Positions 10,519 through 19,845 of a stretch of DNA of 64,000 nucleotides are shown here, piece after piece. The notes below the pieces were generated by a model that did not search any database, had not been told where the DNA came from, and was given only the letters and a program-made list of their open reading frames with translations. Position 1 is the first letter of the stretch; each line of letters opens with the position of its first letter. This DNA is from an uncultured Bacteroidota bacterium (GTDB lineage: Bacteria; Bacteroidota; Bacteroidia; UKL13-3): positions 2,980 to 66,979 of the forward strand of contig CAILJQ010000002.1 of the NCBI GenBank assembly GCA_903834625.1. The letters run 5' to 3'. Position numbers and translations under genes: made by a program.

Positions 10519-11799
10519 ATGAATAAATCTGTAGCATTTTATACCTTAGGTTGCAAACTCAACTTTTCTGAAACATCTACCATTGGTAGGGATTTAAAGG
10601 AGCAAGGTTATAAAAAGGTAGAATTTCATGAAGGAGCAGATGTGTATGTGATCAACACCTGTTCTGTAACAGACAATGCCGATAAGAAATGCAAGAAAAT
10701 AGTAAAAGAGGCCTTGCGCCACAATCCCAATGCATTTGTTACCATCATTGGATGTTATGCCCAATTAAAGCCTCATGAAATAGCCAATATTGAAGGGGTT
10801 GATTTAGTGCTTGGGGCTGCAGAAAAATTCAATATTCATACCTATTTGGGTGATGGAAAAAAGAAAGAGAAAGCCGAGGTAAAGGAAGGTAAGATAAAGG
10901 AAGTATTGGAGTATCATGCCTCCTATTCTATAGGCGATCGCACCAGAACTTTTTTGAAGGTGCAAGATGGCTGTGACTACTTCTGTTCTTTTTGCACCAT
11001 TCCATTGGCAAGAGGTGCTAGCAGAAGCGACAGTATTGCTAATGTGATAAAACAGGCTGAAGAAATTGTAGCACAAGGCACCAAGGAAATTGTATTAACA
11101 GGCGTAAATACAGGTGATTTTGGTAATGGTGGGAAAGAGAATTTTTACCTATTATTGAAGGCATTAGATGAAGTTAAAGGCCTGGAGCGTTTGCGTGTAA
11201 GTAGCATTGAACCAAACTTATTAACTGATGAAATCATAGAGTTTGCCTCTAAAAGCAAAACTATTGTTCCTCACTTTCACATTCCCTTACAATCTGGATC
11301 CGACGAGCTGCTCAAAAGCATGCGAAGAAAATATGATACAGCCTTGTACACCTCAAGAATAGAAAAAATCAAATCGTTGATGCCTCATTGTTGTATTGGG
11401 GTGGATGTGATCATTGGGTACCCTGGAGAAACAGATGAACTCTTTTTAGAAACATATAATTACCTGAATGCGCTTGACATCTCTTATTTGCACGTTTTCA
11501 CATACAGCGAAAGGGTAAATACCACAGCTTACAAACTGCCAGGTAAAGTACCAATGCGCACTAGAAATGAAAGAAGTAAAATGCTGCATATTTTGAGCGA
11601 CAAGAAACGAAGGTTCTTTTATGAGCAGCAATTAGGAAAATCGTTTCCGGTATTGTGGGAAGCGGAAAATGATGGAGATGTAATGTATGGTTTTACCAGT
11701 AATTACGTAAAAGTTAAAACCGCTTATGATCCATCTTTTGTCAATGAGATTTTTGAAAAAAAGCTCCAAAAAATAGATGCTGATTTAGTTGTTATTTAA
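10519..11799 (+). CDS. mtaB: tRNA t6A37 methylthiotransferase MtaB (radical SAM)
   Basis: TLGCKLNFSE, INTCSVT and CDYFCSFC radical-SAM motif. Confidence 0.95.
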   Translation: MNKSVAFYTLGCKLNFSETSTIGRDLKEQGYKKVEFHEGADVYVINTCSVTDNADKKCKKIVKEALRHNPNAFVTIIGCYAQLKPHEIANIEGVDLVLGAAEKFNIHTYLGDGKKKEKAEVKEGKIKEVLEYHASYSIGDRTRTFLKVQDGCDYFCSFCTIPLARGASRSDSIANVIKQAEEIVAQGTKEIVLTGVNTGDFGNGGKENFYLLLKALDEVKGLERLRVSSIEPNLLTDEIIEFASKSKTIVPHFHIPLQSGSDELLKSMRRKYDTALYTSRIEKIKSLMPHCCIGVDVIIGYPGETDELFLETYNYLNALDISYLHVFTYSERVNTTAYKLPGKVPMRTRNERSKMLHILSDKKRRFFYEQQLGKSFPVLWEAENDGDVMYGFTSNYVKVKTAYDPSFVNEIFEKKLQKIDADLVVI

Positions 11800-12170
11800 C
11801 CCATTAGCGCTTTATTGATGCTCCATAACAAGAGAAGATAGGCTAGCAAGCTTCCCAAAAAAACGGTGAAGCTTATGAGAAAATAATCCACCAAATCAAC
11901 AGACATAAAAAGCCAAAAACCACGCAGCAATTGGGTAGGTTGACATAATAAAGTAAAACTAACAGCAAGCACAATACAAAAGAGCAAGCGTTCACTTAGC
12001 TTTATTTTTTTGAAAAGGGTGAAAGTGACCCAAAAAAACAAAACGCCCATAAGCATGTTGTCTATAAATTTTGTTTCCATCCAAGAGGTTTGTCCAACAA
12101 TATCTCTCAATAAAATGAGCAAACAGAGTAGGATGAATTGATACTGAAACAAAGGCCACTTGAACAACAT
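11796..12170 (-). CDS. Hypothetical small integral membrane protein (about 4 TM segments)
   Basis: Highly hydrophobic 124-aa ORF, co-oriented with the upstream T9SS gene. Confidence 0.55.
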   Translation of the reverse strand: MLFKWPLFQYQFILLCLLILLRDIVGQTSWMETKFIDNMLMGVLFFWVTFTLFKKIKLSERLLFCIVLAVSFTLLCQPTQLLRGFWLFMSVDLVDYFLISFTVFLGSLLAYLLLLWSINKALMG

Positions 12171-12195
12171 ACTTATGGGAATTTACTTAATGGGA

Positions 12196-13824
12196 TTACT
12201 CTTTTACTAATTTAACCCAACTACTTTCATGGTTGGCATAAGTAATATGAATAATATAGAAACCAGTGTTTAGTTGGTCCAATTGAAGGATATTTTCATG
12301 GCCAGAACCACTGAAGTGACCCACACATTTTCCAGTCTCATCAAATAGGTTAAATGCAAGCACGGGGTATTCGGTTCGAACCGAAACTGAACCATTAAAT
12401 GGATTAGGAAAAACACATGCAATTGCTTTTGCACTTTGGAGCTGACTCAAACCCGTGATGGATCCATCTGCTTTTACCTTGATGGCAAAATAATCTTTAG
12501 ACTTATTTAATGAGTCATTAATTTGATTACGGGTATAACCTATCAACAATGTACTTAAATCTGAAAGGGCGCGTACTTGAAGTAGTGTAATCTTTTCACC
12601 ATTTTCAAAATAACGTAAATAAACAGAATTCAAATTCTTATCGAATCGTGCAATGAGCAGAGAATCTTTGCCAATGAAGGGTTCAAACCCATACGTTTCC
12701 TTTCTATAATTAGTCATATAGGCAATTGTTAACCCATTGTCATATAAACGGTCCAAACAATTGTTTAATGCAGGGGAAATGAACAATGGATTTCCTGGCA
12801 TAAATACATTAATTTTCCTGTTGCCAATTGAAGGAATAAAGGTATCCACCGGATTCATAAAAACAGAATCAATGGTATAGTTGCCTATAAATAAGCCCTG
12901 ATATTTTCCACCTATATTTTTACCAGCCATGAAGAACAAACTTGGATCTTCTGGGTTTTTCATAAGGCCAATTGGAGGACCAGCCACTGATGAAGGATTT
13001 GAAGGATTATCTTCAAAATAATTACATCCAAATGTAGGTATTTCACGCAGGGTTGAATCAAAAACTCTGAATTGTTCACCGCCCCAATCACCTCCAGATT
13101 TAACGCTTACAAATTTATTATCTGAAAGTTGAATGATTTCTTTTGAAACCACATTTGGATTAAATAATGCGATACTAGAATCTTTACCCGGTTTATGGTA
13201 TAGCGTATCCAAATAAAGATGGTCAAAATTTCCATTTGTTTCCAATGTATAGTAACATGTAAGTAAGTTATTAAGTTTACCTGAATAAAAAGGCCCAGGA
13301 TAAAAGTTAATGACAAATGCACCATAAAAACCGCCGCCTAGTTTGGACTTATAACTCAAACTGCTAATGTTATATGGGTATATAGTAGGATAGGTTTGCG
13401 TTCTGTTTTCAGAAAAATGTAAACTCTTGTCAAATGAAAACAATTCTACATTCTGCATTAACATTGTATCCATAACTCCATACTTCATTTTCCGGCCCGA
13501 TACACCATAAATTTGAAGCATGTTATTTACAATTTCAAACCCAAATATTTTGAAATATTTTGAAACTGGAAGTTGATGAATAGTGGAATCTAACACAACG
13601 CCATTAAGATTGGTTTTATACCAGTAAATAGATTGACTTGAATCTGACTTTGCTTCCACAAGACCCAAAAAAAGAAGTGTATTTATGTCAAGTTGCTTGG
13701 CATCTATCCATTCTTCATCAAAAGTTTTGGTATAATTATTTGGCATTGCTTCCTTCCAAAAAATCGATTGGGAGTATGCCGGAAAAGCCGATACAAATAG
13801 TAAAAATAAATTAAGTAATTTCAT
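12196..13824 (-). CDS. Hypothetical secreted protein with T9SS type A C-terminal domain
   Basis: Signal peptide ending AYSQ; C-terminal VFPNPF...LFDETGK...LNTGFYII...KLVKE. Confidence 0.85.
   Translation of the reverse strand: MKLLNLFLLFVSAFPAYSQSIFWKEAMPNNYTKTFDEEWIDAKQLDINTLLFLGLVEAKSDSSQSIYWYKTNLNGVVLDSTIHQLPVSKYFKIFGFEIVNNMLQIYGVSGRKMKYGVMDTMLMQNVELFSFDKSLHFSENRTQTYPTIYPYNISSLSYKSKLGGGFYGAFVINFYPGPFYSGKLNNLLTCYYTLETNGNFDHLYLDTLYHKPGKDSSIALFNPNVVSKEIIQLSDNKFVSVKSGGDWGGEQFRVFDSTLREIPTFGCNYFEDNPSNPSSVAGPPIGLMKNPEDPSLFFMAGKNIGGKYQGLFIGNYTIDSVFMNPVDTFIPSIGNRKINVFMPGNPLFISPALNNCLDRLYDNGLTIAYMTNYRKETYGFEPFIGKDSLLIARFDKNLNSVYLRYFENGEKITLLQVRALSDLSTLLIGYTRNQINDSLNKSKDYFAIKVKADGSITGLSQLQSAKAIACVFPNPFNGSVSVRTEYPVLAFNLFDETGKCVGHFSGSGHENILQLDQLNTGFYIIHITYANHESSWVKLVKE
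12373..12382. repeat. Dispersed palindrome copy 4 (core of the perfect 16-mer TTCGGTTCGAACCGAA, 12370-12385)
   Basis: Exact motif in the CTD-coding region. Confidence 0.85.
12680..12689. repeat. Dispersed near-palindrome copy 5 (gGGTTCAAACCc)
   Basis: Exact motif inside the CDS (encodes GFEP). Confidence 0.75.
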
Positions 13825-13835
13825 TGTAATCAATA

Positions 13836-15188
13836 TTAAAAACCTGGAACATAAGCATTAGGATCTGGCACGATTGTCCTTTTTGCAAACCTAAATTTGT
13901 ATAGGTACTTGTACTTCAGTTTTACGCAGGCATCAGGAAAATAGGTTAAATCAAAAGGAGTAAAGTGTTGCATTGTGTTAGAAAATAACATCTCTGGATA
14001 ACAAATATTTGAACAGTTAATTTCGTTTGGATTGTAAATTGGAATAATATCTAATCGATAGAAAACCCTATTTGGATTTACATCCAAAGCACGTGCTTTG
14101 TAATAAATAGAAGGGATTTTATTTAAATAATAATTTAATTGATTTGACGTAAGTTGAATAGGTTGCCAGACAGAATAGGTAGGATTTGCCGTTGCCGTTA
14201 GATTTGTGATAGACTCTGAACCACTACAAAACTTTGACATGATAACAGATGGAAATAACTGAGTAGATCTATCTGTGAGTTGGTTAGAATTATACCACGG
14301 GTTATCTTTAATGAAGGTAGTTTTATAATCAAACAAGTTATCATTTGATATTTCGGTATATACATACTTATACCCTTGTGGAGCCGCGGCCGGCCAACCA
14401 ATGGTATTAAAAATATTATTATTCCCATAGGTCTCTAACATTTTAGCAGCACCTGCAGGTCCAACACTTCCTGTTGGAAGGTTATTCGTGCTTGCGCCAC
14501 CATACCAAACATATTTACCCCATGCCTCTAACACCAATCCATTCCCCATGGTGGGTGTATTTTCAATAGGGTCTCTCCCGCCAATTACATAGGGAAGTCC
14601 TCCTCCTATTGGAGTAAAATTTCTTTCATTTCCATAACCCATTCGGTAATTGGTTCCAGGGGCAAAGTAATTCATCCCAGTGCTGGGGTTGATTGCTTTT
14701 CCTAAGGCTAATCCAAATGACATTCTTCCTTTCATAATTCTAATAATTTGTGTGCCTTGATTTGCCGAAGGGTCAATTTTAATAGAATACATTCTTTCAT
14801 TTGGATCAAGCCAACCTTGGAGACTACTTTTCAATGAAATGATTTGCGAACACAGACTCGAAAAAGCCATCACATTAGTTGAACTAGGCAGCAAATTCAA
14901 TTGGTACGAGCTATCCACAAAATCTAATAACATAGAATCACAATCTGTAATGAAGGCAGAGGATAAGACGTTCGCATAATATAACACACTATCTGCAGGG
15001 ACCCATTCAGAGGTCTTATTTCTGCTTTCAAGGGGTTGTTTGCTCATTTGAATAAACTTTTTAACAATAGTATATGCAGCATTGTTATCATTTGCTTGCT
15101 CACTATTTTTCATTGATCTTTCTTGCTTTTTGCAAGCCCCTGCGCACAAAACAAGGATTGAAATAAGTGCAATGGTTGTTTTTTTCAT
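13836..15188 (-). CDS. Hypothetical lipoprotein
   Basis: MKK n-region, hydrophobic core, AGA-C followed by KKQE; no recognisable enzyme motif. Confidence 0.8.
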   Translation of the reverse strand: MKKTTIALISILVLCAGACKKQERSMKNSEQANDNNAAYTIVKKFIQMSKQPLESRNKTSEWVPADSVLYYANVLSSAFITDCDSMLLDFVDSSYQLNLLPSSTNVMAFSSLCSQIISLKSSLQGWLDPNERMYSIKIDPSANQGTQIIRIMKGRMSFGLALGKAINPSTGMNYFAPGTNYRMGYGNERNFTPIGGGLPYVIGGRDPIENTPTMGNGLVLEAWGKYVWYGGASTNNLPTGSVGPAGAAKMLETYGNNNIFNTIGWPAAAPQGYKYVYTEISNDNLFDYKTTFIKDNPWYNSNQLTDRSTQLFPSVIMSKFCSGSESITNLTATANPTYSVWQPIQLTSNQLNYYLNKIPSIYYKARALDVNPNRVFYRLDIIPIYNPNEINCSNICYPEMLFSNTMQHFTPFDLTYFPDACVKLKYKYLYKFRFAKRTIVPDPNAYVPGF

Positions 15189-15189
15189 G

Positions 15190-15222
15190 GTGTCAATTTG
15201 TTTTTTGCTCGCAAATTGACAC
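15190..15222. promoter_or_regulatory. 11-bp inverted repeat GTGTCAATTTG-N11-CAAATTGACAC (candidate operator or leader hairpin)
   Basis: Perfect inverted repeat immediately upstream of the lipoprotein ATG, in the spacer shared with the divergent XRE gene. Confidence 0.55.
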
Positions 15223-15309
15223 TTTCAATTGGTATCATTTTAACAACTAATTTATTATTTTGATAGTATTATTTCGATAATGTAAATTTTTAATCATTCA
15301 AATTGCAGC

Positions 15310-15678
15310 ATGCATTTGGGGTTAAAATTGAAAATATTGCGTTTAAGTAAGGGGATTACCCAAGAGGAATTAGCAGATCAAGTTCACAAGACCCGCCCTC
15401 TAATTAGCAATATTGAACAAAAAGGCAAAGTGGGTTACCAAACCTTAAGAGACATCTGCAAGGTATTGGGGGTAAGTCCAGATGAAATCATGAATGAAAT
15501 GAATGAACCCAGAGAATATTATGAGCCTCTAAGACCCCATAAACAAAATGAATCAATTGTGCAATTCCAAAAAGAAATTGAGCAGCTTCAACTCTTGGTA
15601 AAATCTCAATACGAAGTGATACAGTTCTTGAAAGAGAAACTTCAATCTTTAGAGCAAAAGACTTCAAAAAAGAAGTAA
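15310..15678 (+). CDS. XRE/Cro-C1 family HTH transcriptional regulator with coiled-coil C-terminus
   Basis: LKILRLSKGITQEELA...ISNIE...ICKVLGVS HTH_3 pattern. Confidence 0.9.
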   Translation: MHLGLKLKILRLSKGITQEELADQVHKTRPLISNIEQKGKVGYQTLRDICKVLGVSPDEIMNEMNEPREYYEPLRPHKQNESIVQFQKEIEQLQLLVKSQYEVIQFLKEKLQSLEQKTSKKK

Positions 15679-15752
15679 GTGCAAAACCTAATAATTTCTT
15701 CACATAATTATTCATTTAGTACTATTATCTTGCTCGTAAAATTCCATCCACA

Positions 15753-16472
15753 ATGAGCGGATTTCAAATATTTATTAAGGGCAAGAATCTTGAAATCTGT
15801 GATTCAGATGAGTTAACAGACTATTTCAACTCACATGCAGAAATGCCAAGGTCGGCCATAACACCAGATTTAGTGGCAGTTTGTTTATGTGGTGGCAATA
15901 GTAGCAGAATGGGCGAACCTAAGTTTTTGTTAAACTACCATGGCGTACCCCAGTTCCAGCAAATACAAGCCAATATGGATCAATTAGGCATACCTTGTTA
16001 CTTTTCCTGTAAAGCAGAACAATCCCACCTATTTCCTGAAGGCGCTCCCCTTTTGTTCGATACAGAAGTATTTTCCAATGCTGGGCCAATGAGTGGTTTA
16101 CTTAGCGCTGCAAAAGAACTAGAAGGTAAGGCCATTTTATTAATTGGTTGCGATTACCCATTGGTTCAATTACCTCATCTACGTATGTTAGCCAATAGTT
16201 ATTTGGCCATAACAGAAACATGTTGTTATTACAATTTCTACGAACAAAGACCAGAGTGCTTGTTAGCAGCATACCACCCCGATGATATTGAACAAATAAG
16301 GCTTGAATTCTCAGAGGGAAAACTATCTCTTACCAATTTCTTAAACCAAATAGATTGCTTAAAAATTGTGCCTGAAAATGCTCAAATTCTACAAAGTTTT
16401 AATAGCCCCGCAGATGTCAAGGATTTTGCAACACTATTAGTCGCTTCACAACAAAAGAATCCTGTTTTTTAA
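15753..16472 (+). CDS. mobA: MobA-like NTP transferase (molybdenum cofactor guanylyltransferase family)
   Basis: LCGGNSSRMGEPK, GPMSGL, GCDYP and SFNSP motifs. Confidence 0.8.
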   Translation: MSGFQIFIKGKNLEICDSDELTDYFNSHAEMPRSAITPDLVAVCLCGGNSSRMGEPKFLLNYHGVPQFQQIQANMDQLGIPCYFSCKAEQSHLFPEGAPLLFDTEVFSNAGPMSGLLSAAKELEGKAILLIGCDYPLVQLPHLRMLANSYLAITETCCYYNFYEQRPECLLAAYHPDDIEQIRLEFSEGKLSLTNFLNQIDCLKIVPENAQILQSFNSPADVKDFATLLVASQQKNPVF

Positions 16473-17817
16473 TCCCTACAAAATACAAACCTGGGTCATT
16501 TAATGTAATGTTATTTCGGTCTGAACCGATGTCAATTTTAGCGCCCCATTCATTCCAAACGTTGATATCATAATCACCTTGGGGTTGGATAACAAGAGAC
16601 TCTCCTACTGTGATAGGATTGGCAAAAAACCATGCATCCTTTTCATACAATGCAGGTGAAATATTTGCAGGAATTTCTTTGGTTTCAAATGTATCAACCG
16701 CTCCAAATTCAGAACAGGTATTCCCGGCAGTTATTGCCCTTACTCTCCATGCATAAGGCCAAGTGCCAAATAAACTTGCCACAGCAGTGGTATCAAATAC
16801 CAATTTATCAAAATTGAGAATAGACCAATCACCAAATCTTGCTACTTGCACGTGGTAGGCCATTGCACCAGGTATTTTATTCCATTGTAAGGTAGCATTT
16901 TTTGCATTTACCGCCTTTTGGTTAGGCGAGGGCACTATTTTTTGAGGTGGTGGCAGTTTGGTTAGGTCAGTAGAAATGGCTTCAATATTTCTTGTATTGA
17001 GGTCGTTTCGCATGGCTTCCATTTGTTCTGCACTGAACCTAGATTGGCAATAATCTGAAGAATAACTCATATACATGGAGCTATCTGGTCTGAACAAAAC
17101 ATTATTAGGATCTTTCAATAAATAAGGCAAAGGGCAACCCCATCTGCTAGAAACATAATCGGCTTTGGTGTCACAAAATCCATCCCCGGCAGTTCTACAA
17201 TTGGTTAAATCTATTTTCTCTATTTCACCGGGCGCACCTCCTCCCTCCCATCCAAAAAAGGTATGAGGCAAACCAAAGAAATGTCCCAACTCATGAGCAA
17301 GGGTTGTAGCATTGGGACCTTGACAGCTATTTTTAATAAACACCACATCTAAACCACCAAAATACACCCCACACCATTGCATACCTACCCCATGGAAAAA
17401 TACATTTACAGCCCCATTAAGTTTATAGCCATCTGCATTGGTGTATATAGCGTCCATATCACCTTTATAAAAATCATCGTTGTTTATGTATGAGATAGAA
17501 TCAGCAAGAAAAAAATGAAACCCTACTGGAGCAAATCGCTCATTTAATTCACATAAAGTTTGCAACAAAGAACTTACTGCATAATACCCCAAACCCTGGT
17601 TATTGCCTATGATATGAATTTTTATTGGAACATATTTAGTGGCCTTTTTACCTAATGGAATTTGCCCTATTTCTAATTGCTGTTGAAATTGGCGCAAAGC
17701 CTTCATTTTTTGCGCGGGCATTTGGGTAGCGCACCCTTCTGTTTGAGAAAAAAGATTGTTACCTAACAAACTAACAAACAGGAGAATAATAATTTTTTTA
17801 AGCATTGTTTCAAACAT
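16417..17817 (-). CDS. M43 (pappalysin-like) zinc metalloprotease, with Fn3-like region and degenerate T9SS CTD; start ATG 17817 or 17805
   Basis: HELGHFFGLPHTF metzincin motif, GDGFCDT, Met-turn YMSYS, propeptide Cys (GCAT). Confidence 0.88.
   Translation of the reverse strand: MFETMLKKIIILLFVSLLGNNLFSQTEGCATQMPAQKMKALRQFQQQLEIGQIPLGKKATKYVPIKIHIIGNNQGLGYYAVSSLLQTLCELNERFAPVGFHFFLADSISYINNDDFYKGDMDAIYTNADGYKLNGAVNVFFHGVGMQWCGVYFGGLDVVFIKNSCQGPNATTLAHELGHFFGLPHTFFGWEGGGAPGEIEKIDLTNCRTAGDGFCDTKADYVSSRWGCPLPYLLKDPNNVLFRPDSSMYMSYSSDYCQSRFSAEQMEAMRNDLNTRNIEAISTDLTKLPPPQKIVPSPNQKAVNAKNATLQWNKIPGAMAYHVQVARFGDWSILNFDKLVFDTTAVASLFGTWPYAWRVRAITAGNTCSEFGAVDTFETKEIPANISPALYEKDAWFFANPITVGESLVIQPQGDYDINVWNEWGAKIDIGSDRNNITLNDPGLYFVGIKKQDSFVVKRLIVLQNP
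16518..16527. repeat. Dispersed near-palindrome copy 6 (tcGGTCTGAACCga)
   Basis: Exact motif in the CTD-coding region of the M43 gene. Confidence 0.8.
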
Positions 17818-17902
17818 AATATTTTCCTGTGAACAAATAGATTGATAAGAAAACTTTTTTAATAAGAAGGCTTTTTTACTTTTGCGCTGCAATTACAGCA
17901 AA

Positions 17903-18790
17903 ATGAAGAACATAACAGTTATAGGATCAGGAACCATGGGCAACGGTATTGCACATGTGTTTGCACAAAACAATTACAAGGTAAATTTAATTGATGTAAA
18001 CGAAGCTCAATTGAAGAAAGCCATTGAAACCATTGGCAAAAACCTTGACAGAATGGTAAGCAAAGGTAGCATTACCGAAGAAACAAAATTGGCTACTTTG
18101 GCAAATATTACCACTTTCACCAGCTTAAAAGATGCCAGTGCCAACGCAGATTTAATCGTTGAGGCAGCAAGTGAAAACATTAATATCAAACTCGATATTT
18201 TCAAACAAATTGATGAGTATGCACCTTCGCATTGCATTTTGGCGTCAAACACCTCTTCTATTTCAATTACTAAAATAGCCAGTGTAACCAAACGTCCTGA
18301 AAAGGTTATTGGTATGCACTTTATGAATCCAGTGCCAGTAATGAAATTGGTAGAAGTAATTAATGGCTATAAAACTTCAAAGGAAGTGAGTTTGGCTATT
18401 GTAAATCTTTCAAAAGCCATTGGAAAAATCCCTGCAGAAGCCAATGATTATGCAGGTTTTATTGCCAATCGTATTTTGATGCCTATGATTAATGAAGCCA
18501 TCATTTGTTTACAGAGTGGTGTAGGTACAGTAGAATCTATTGATACAGTGATGAAGTTGGGTATGGCGCATCCAATGGGGCCATTACAATTGGCTGATTT
18601 CATTGGCTTAGATGTTTGTTTAGCCATTATGAATGTGTTGTATGATGGTTTAGGAGATACTAAATATGCTCCAAGCCCGCTATTGGTTAACATGGTAACT
18701 GCTGGAATTCTTGGTGTAAAATCTGGAGAAGGATTTTATGTATACACCCCTGGTAGTAAAGAATTGGTTGTATCACCTAGGTTCAACTAA
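17903..18790 (+). CDS. hbd: 3-hydroxybutyryl-CoA (3-hydroxyacyl-CoA) dehydrogenase
   Basis: GSGTMGNGIA Rossmann motif, SNTSS, GMHFMNP and HPMGP. Confidence 0.93.
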   Translation: MKNITVIGSGTMGNGIAHVFAQNNYKVNLIDVNEAQLKKAIETIGKNLDRMVSKGSITEETKLATLANITTFTSLKDASANADLIVEAASENINIKLDIFKQIDEYAPSHCILASNTSSISITKIASVTKRPEKVIGMHFMNPVPVMKLVEVINGYKTSKEVSLAIVNLSKAIGKIPAEANDYAGFIANRILMPMINEAIICLQSGVGTVESIDTVMKLGMAHPMGPLQLADFIGLDVCLAIMNVLYDGLGDTKYAPSPLLVNMVTAGILGVKSGEGFYVYTPGSKELVVSPRFN

Positions 18791-18803
18791 AAAAAATCAA
18801 CTC

Positions 18804-18844
18804 AAATCCCCGGTATTTTTTTTCTAAAATACCGGGGATTTTTT
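18804..18844 (+). terminator. Rho-independent terminator after hbd
   Basis: AAATCCCCGGTATTTT...AAAATACCGGGGATTT stem followed by a T run. Confidence 0.85.
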
Positions 18845-18882
18845 ATGTAATTGCTCAAAGAAAAAGTTACAAAAACCATCAC

Positions 18883-19842
18883 ATGATTATTACAGATATT
18901 CAATTGGCTGCAGACCTACTCCAAAAAGGCGAGTTGGTTGCTATTCCTACTGAGACTGTATATGGTTTGGCGGCCAATGGCTTTGATGGTAATGCTATTG
19001 CAAAAATTTATGAGGTAAAAAATAGGCCTCAATTTAACCCCCTAATTTTACATAGTAATAGTTGGGAAAAGTTCACTTCTTGGGGTTTAGAATTACCAAA
19101 GGAAGCATTAAAAGTTGCGGATAAATTTTCACCAGGACCACTCACTTTTGTGGTTCCAAAATCAAATAAGGTTCCAGATATTATTACTGCCGGACATACA
19201 AGTGTGGCCATAAGAATTCCCAACCATGCGGTAACGCTATCCCTTCTTTCAAAACTAGTTTTTCCTCTTGCGGCACCAAGTGCTAATTTATCTGGAACCG
19301 TAAGTCCAACTCAAGCTATCCATGTTGAAAAGCAGTTAGGTGGATTGATAGGAGCTGTTTTGGAGGGCGGTGAATGCCATATTGGACTTGAATCTACCAT
19401 TATTTCTTTTGTGAATCCTCAGCAGCCAAAACTCCTTCGTTTGGGAGGATTAAGTGTGGAAGAAATAGAAGATACATTAGGGTTCAAATTGAAAAAAGAT
19501 TCTCTGTTAAACAACGAGAATCCGCAAGCACCAGGAATGCTTTCTAGGCACTACGCACCAAAAACGCCAATGGCATTAGGACTGCCCAATGACCTACCAA
19601 ATCATCTGCCTATTGAAGATTTGGCTTGTATTCGGTTCAGCCGGTATTTACCAGAAATTCCAATAAATAACCAGATTATTTTAAGCGAATCAGGAGATTT
19701 GAATGAGGCTGCTCAAAAATTATTTTCTGCAATAAGGAAGGCAGACGAAATGAACAAAAAGTTGATTGTAGCAGAGATTTTTCCAGATGAACATTTGGGT
19801 CGTGCCATAAACGACCGTTTGAGGAGAGCCTCTATAGGATAG
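18883..19842 (+). CDS. sua5: L-threonylcarbamoyladenylate synthase (Sua5 type)
   Basis: PTETVYGL, KNRPQFNP, AAPSAN, and SUA5 linker APGML..HYAP. Confidence 0.95.
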   Translation: MIITDIQLAADLLQKGELVAIPTETVYGLAANGFDGNAIAKIYEVKNRPQFNPLILHSNSWEKFTSWGLELPKEALKVADKFSPGPLTFVVPKSNKVPDIITAGHTSVAIRIPNHAVTLSLLSKLVFPLAAPSANLSGTVSPTQAIHVEKQLGGLIGAVLEGGECHIGLESTIISFVNPQQPKLLRLGGLSVEEIEDTLGFKLKKDSLLNNENPQAPGMLSRHYAPKTPMALGLPNDLPNHLPIEDLACIRFSRYLPEIPINNQIILSESGDLNEAAQKLFSAIRKADEMNKKLIVAEIFPDEHLGRAINDRLRRASIG

Positions 19843-19845
19843 CCT

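Noticed and set aside
12370..12385. GGTTCGAACC resembles the tRNA T-arm (GGTTCGAATCC), suggesting tRNA genes or att-site remnants
   Set aside because: It is one base shorter than a T-loop, no cloverleaf or acceptor stem surrounds it, and most copies lie inside intact CDSs
11796..15678. Prophage or mobile element suggested by the XRE regulator
   Set aside because: No integrase, transposase, phage structural genes or flanking direct repeats were seen; the cassette also carries two copies of the host palindrome, consistent with long residence
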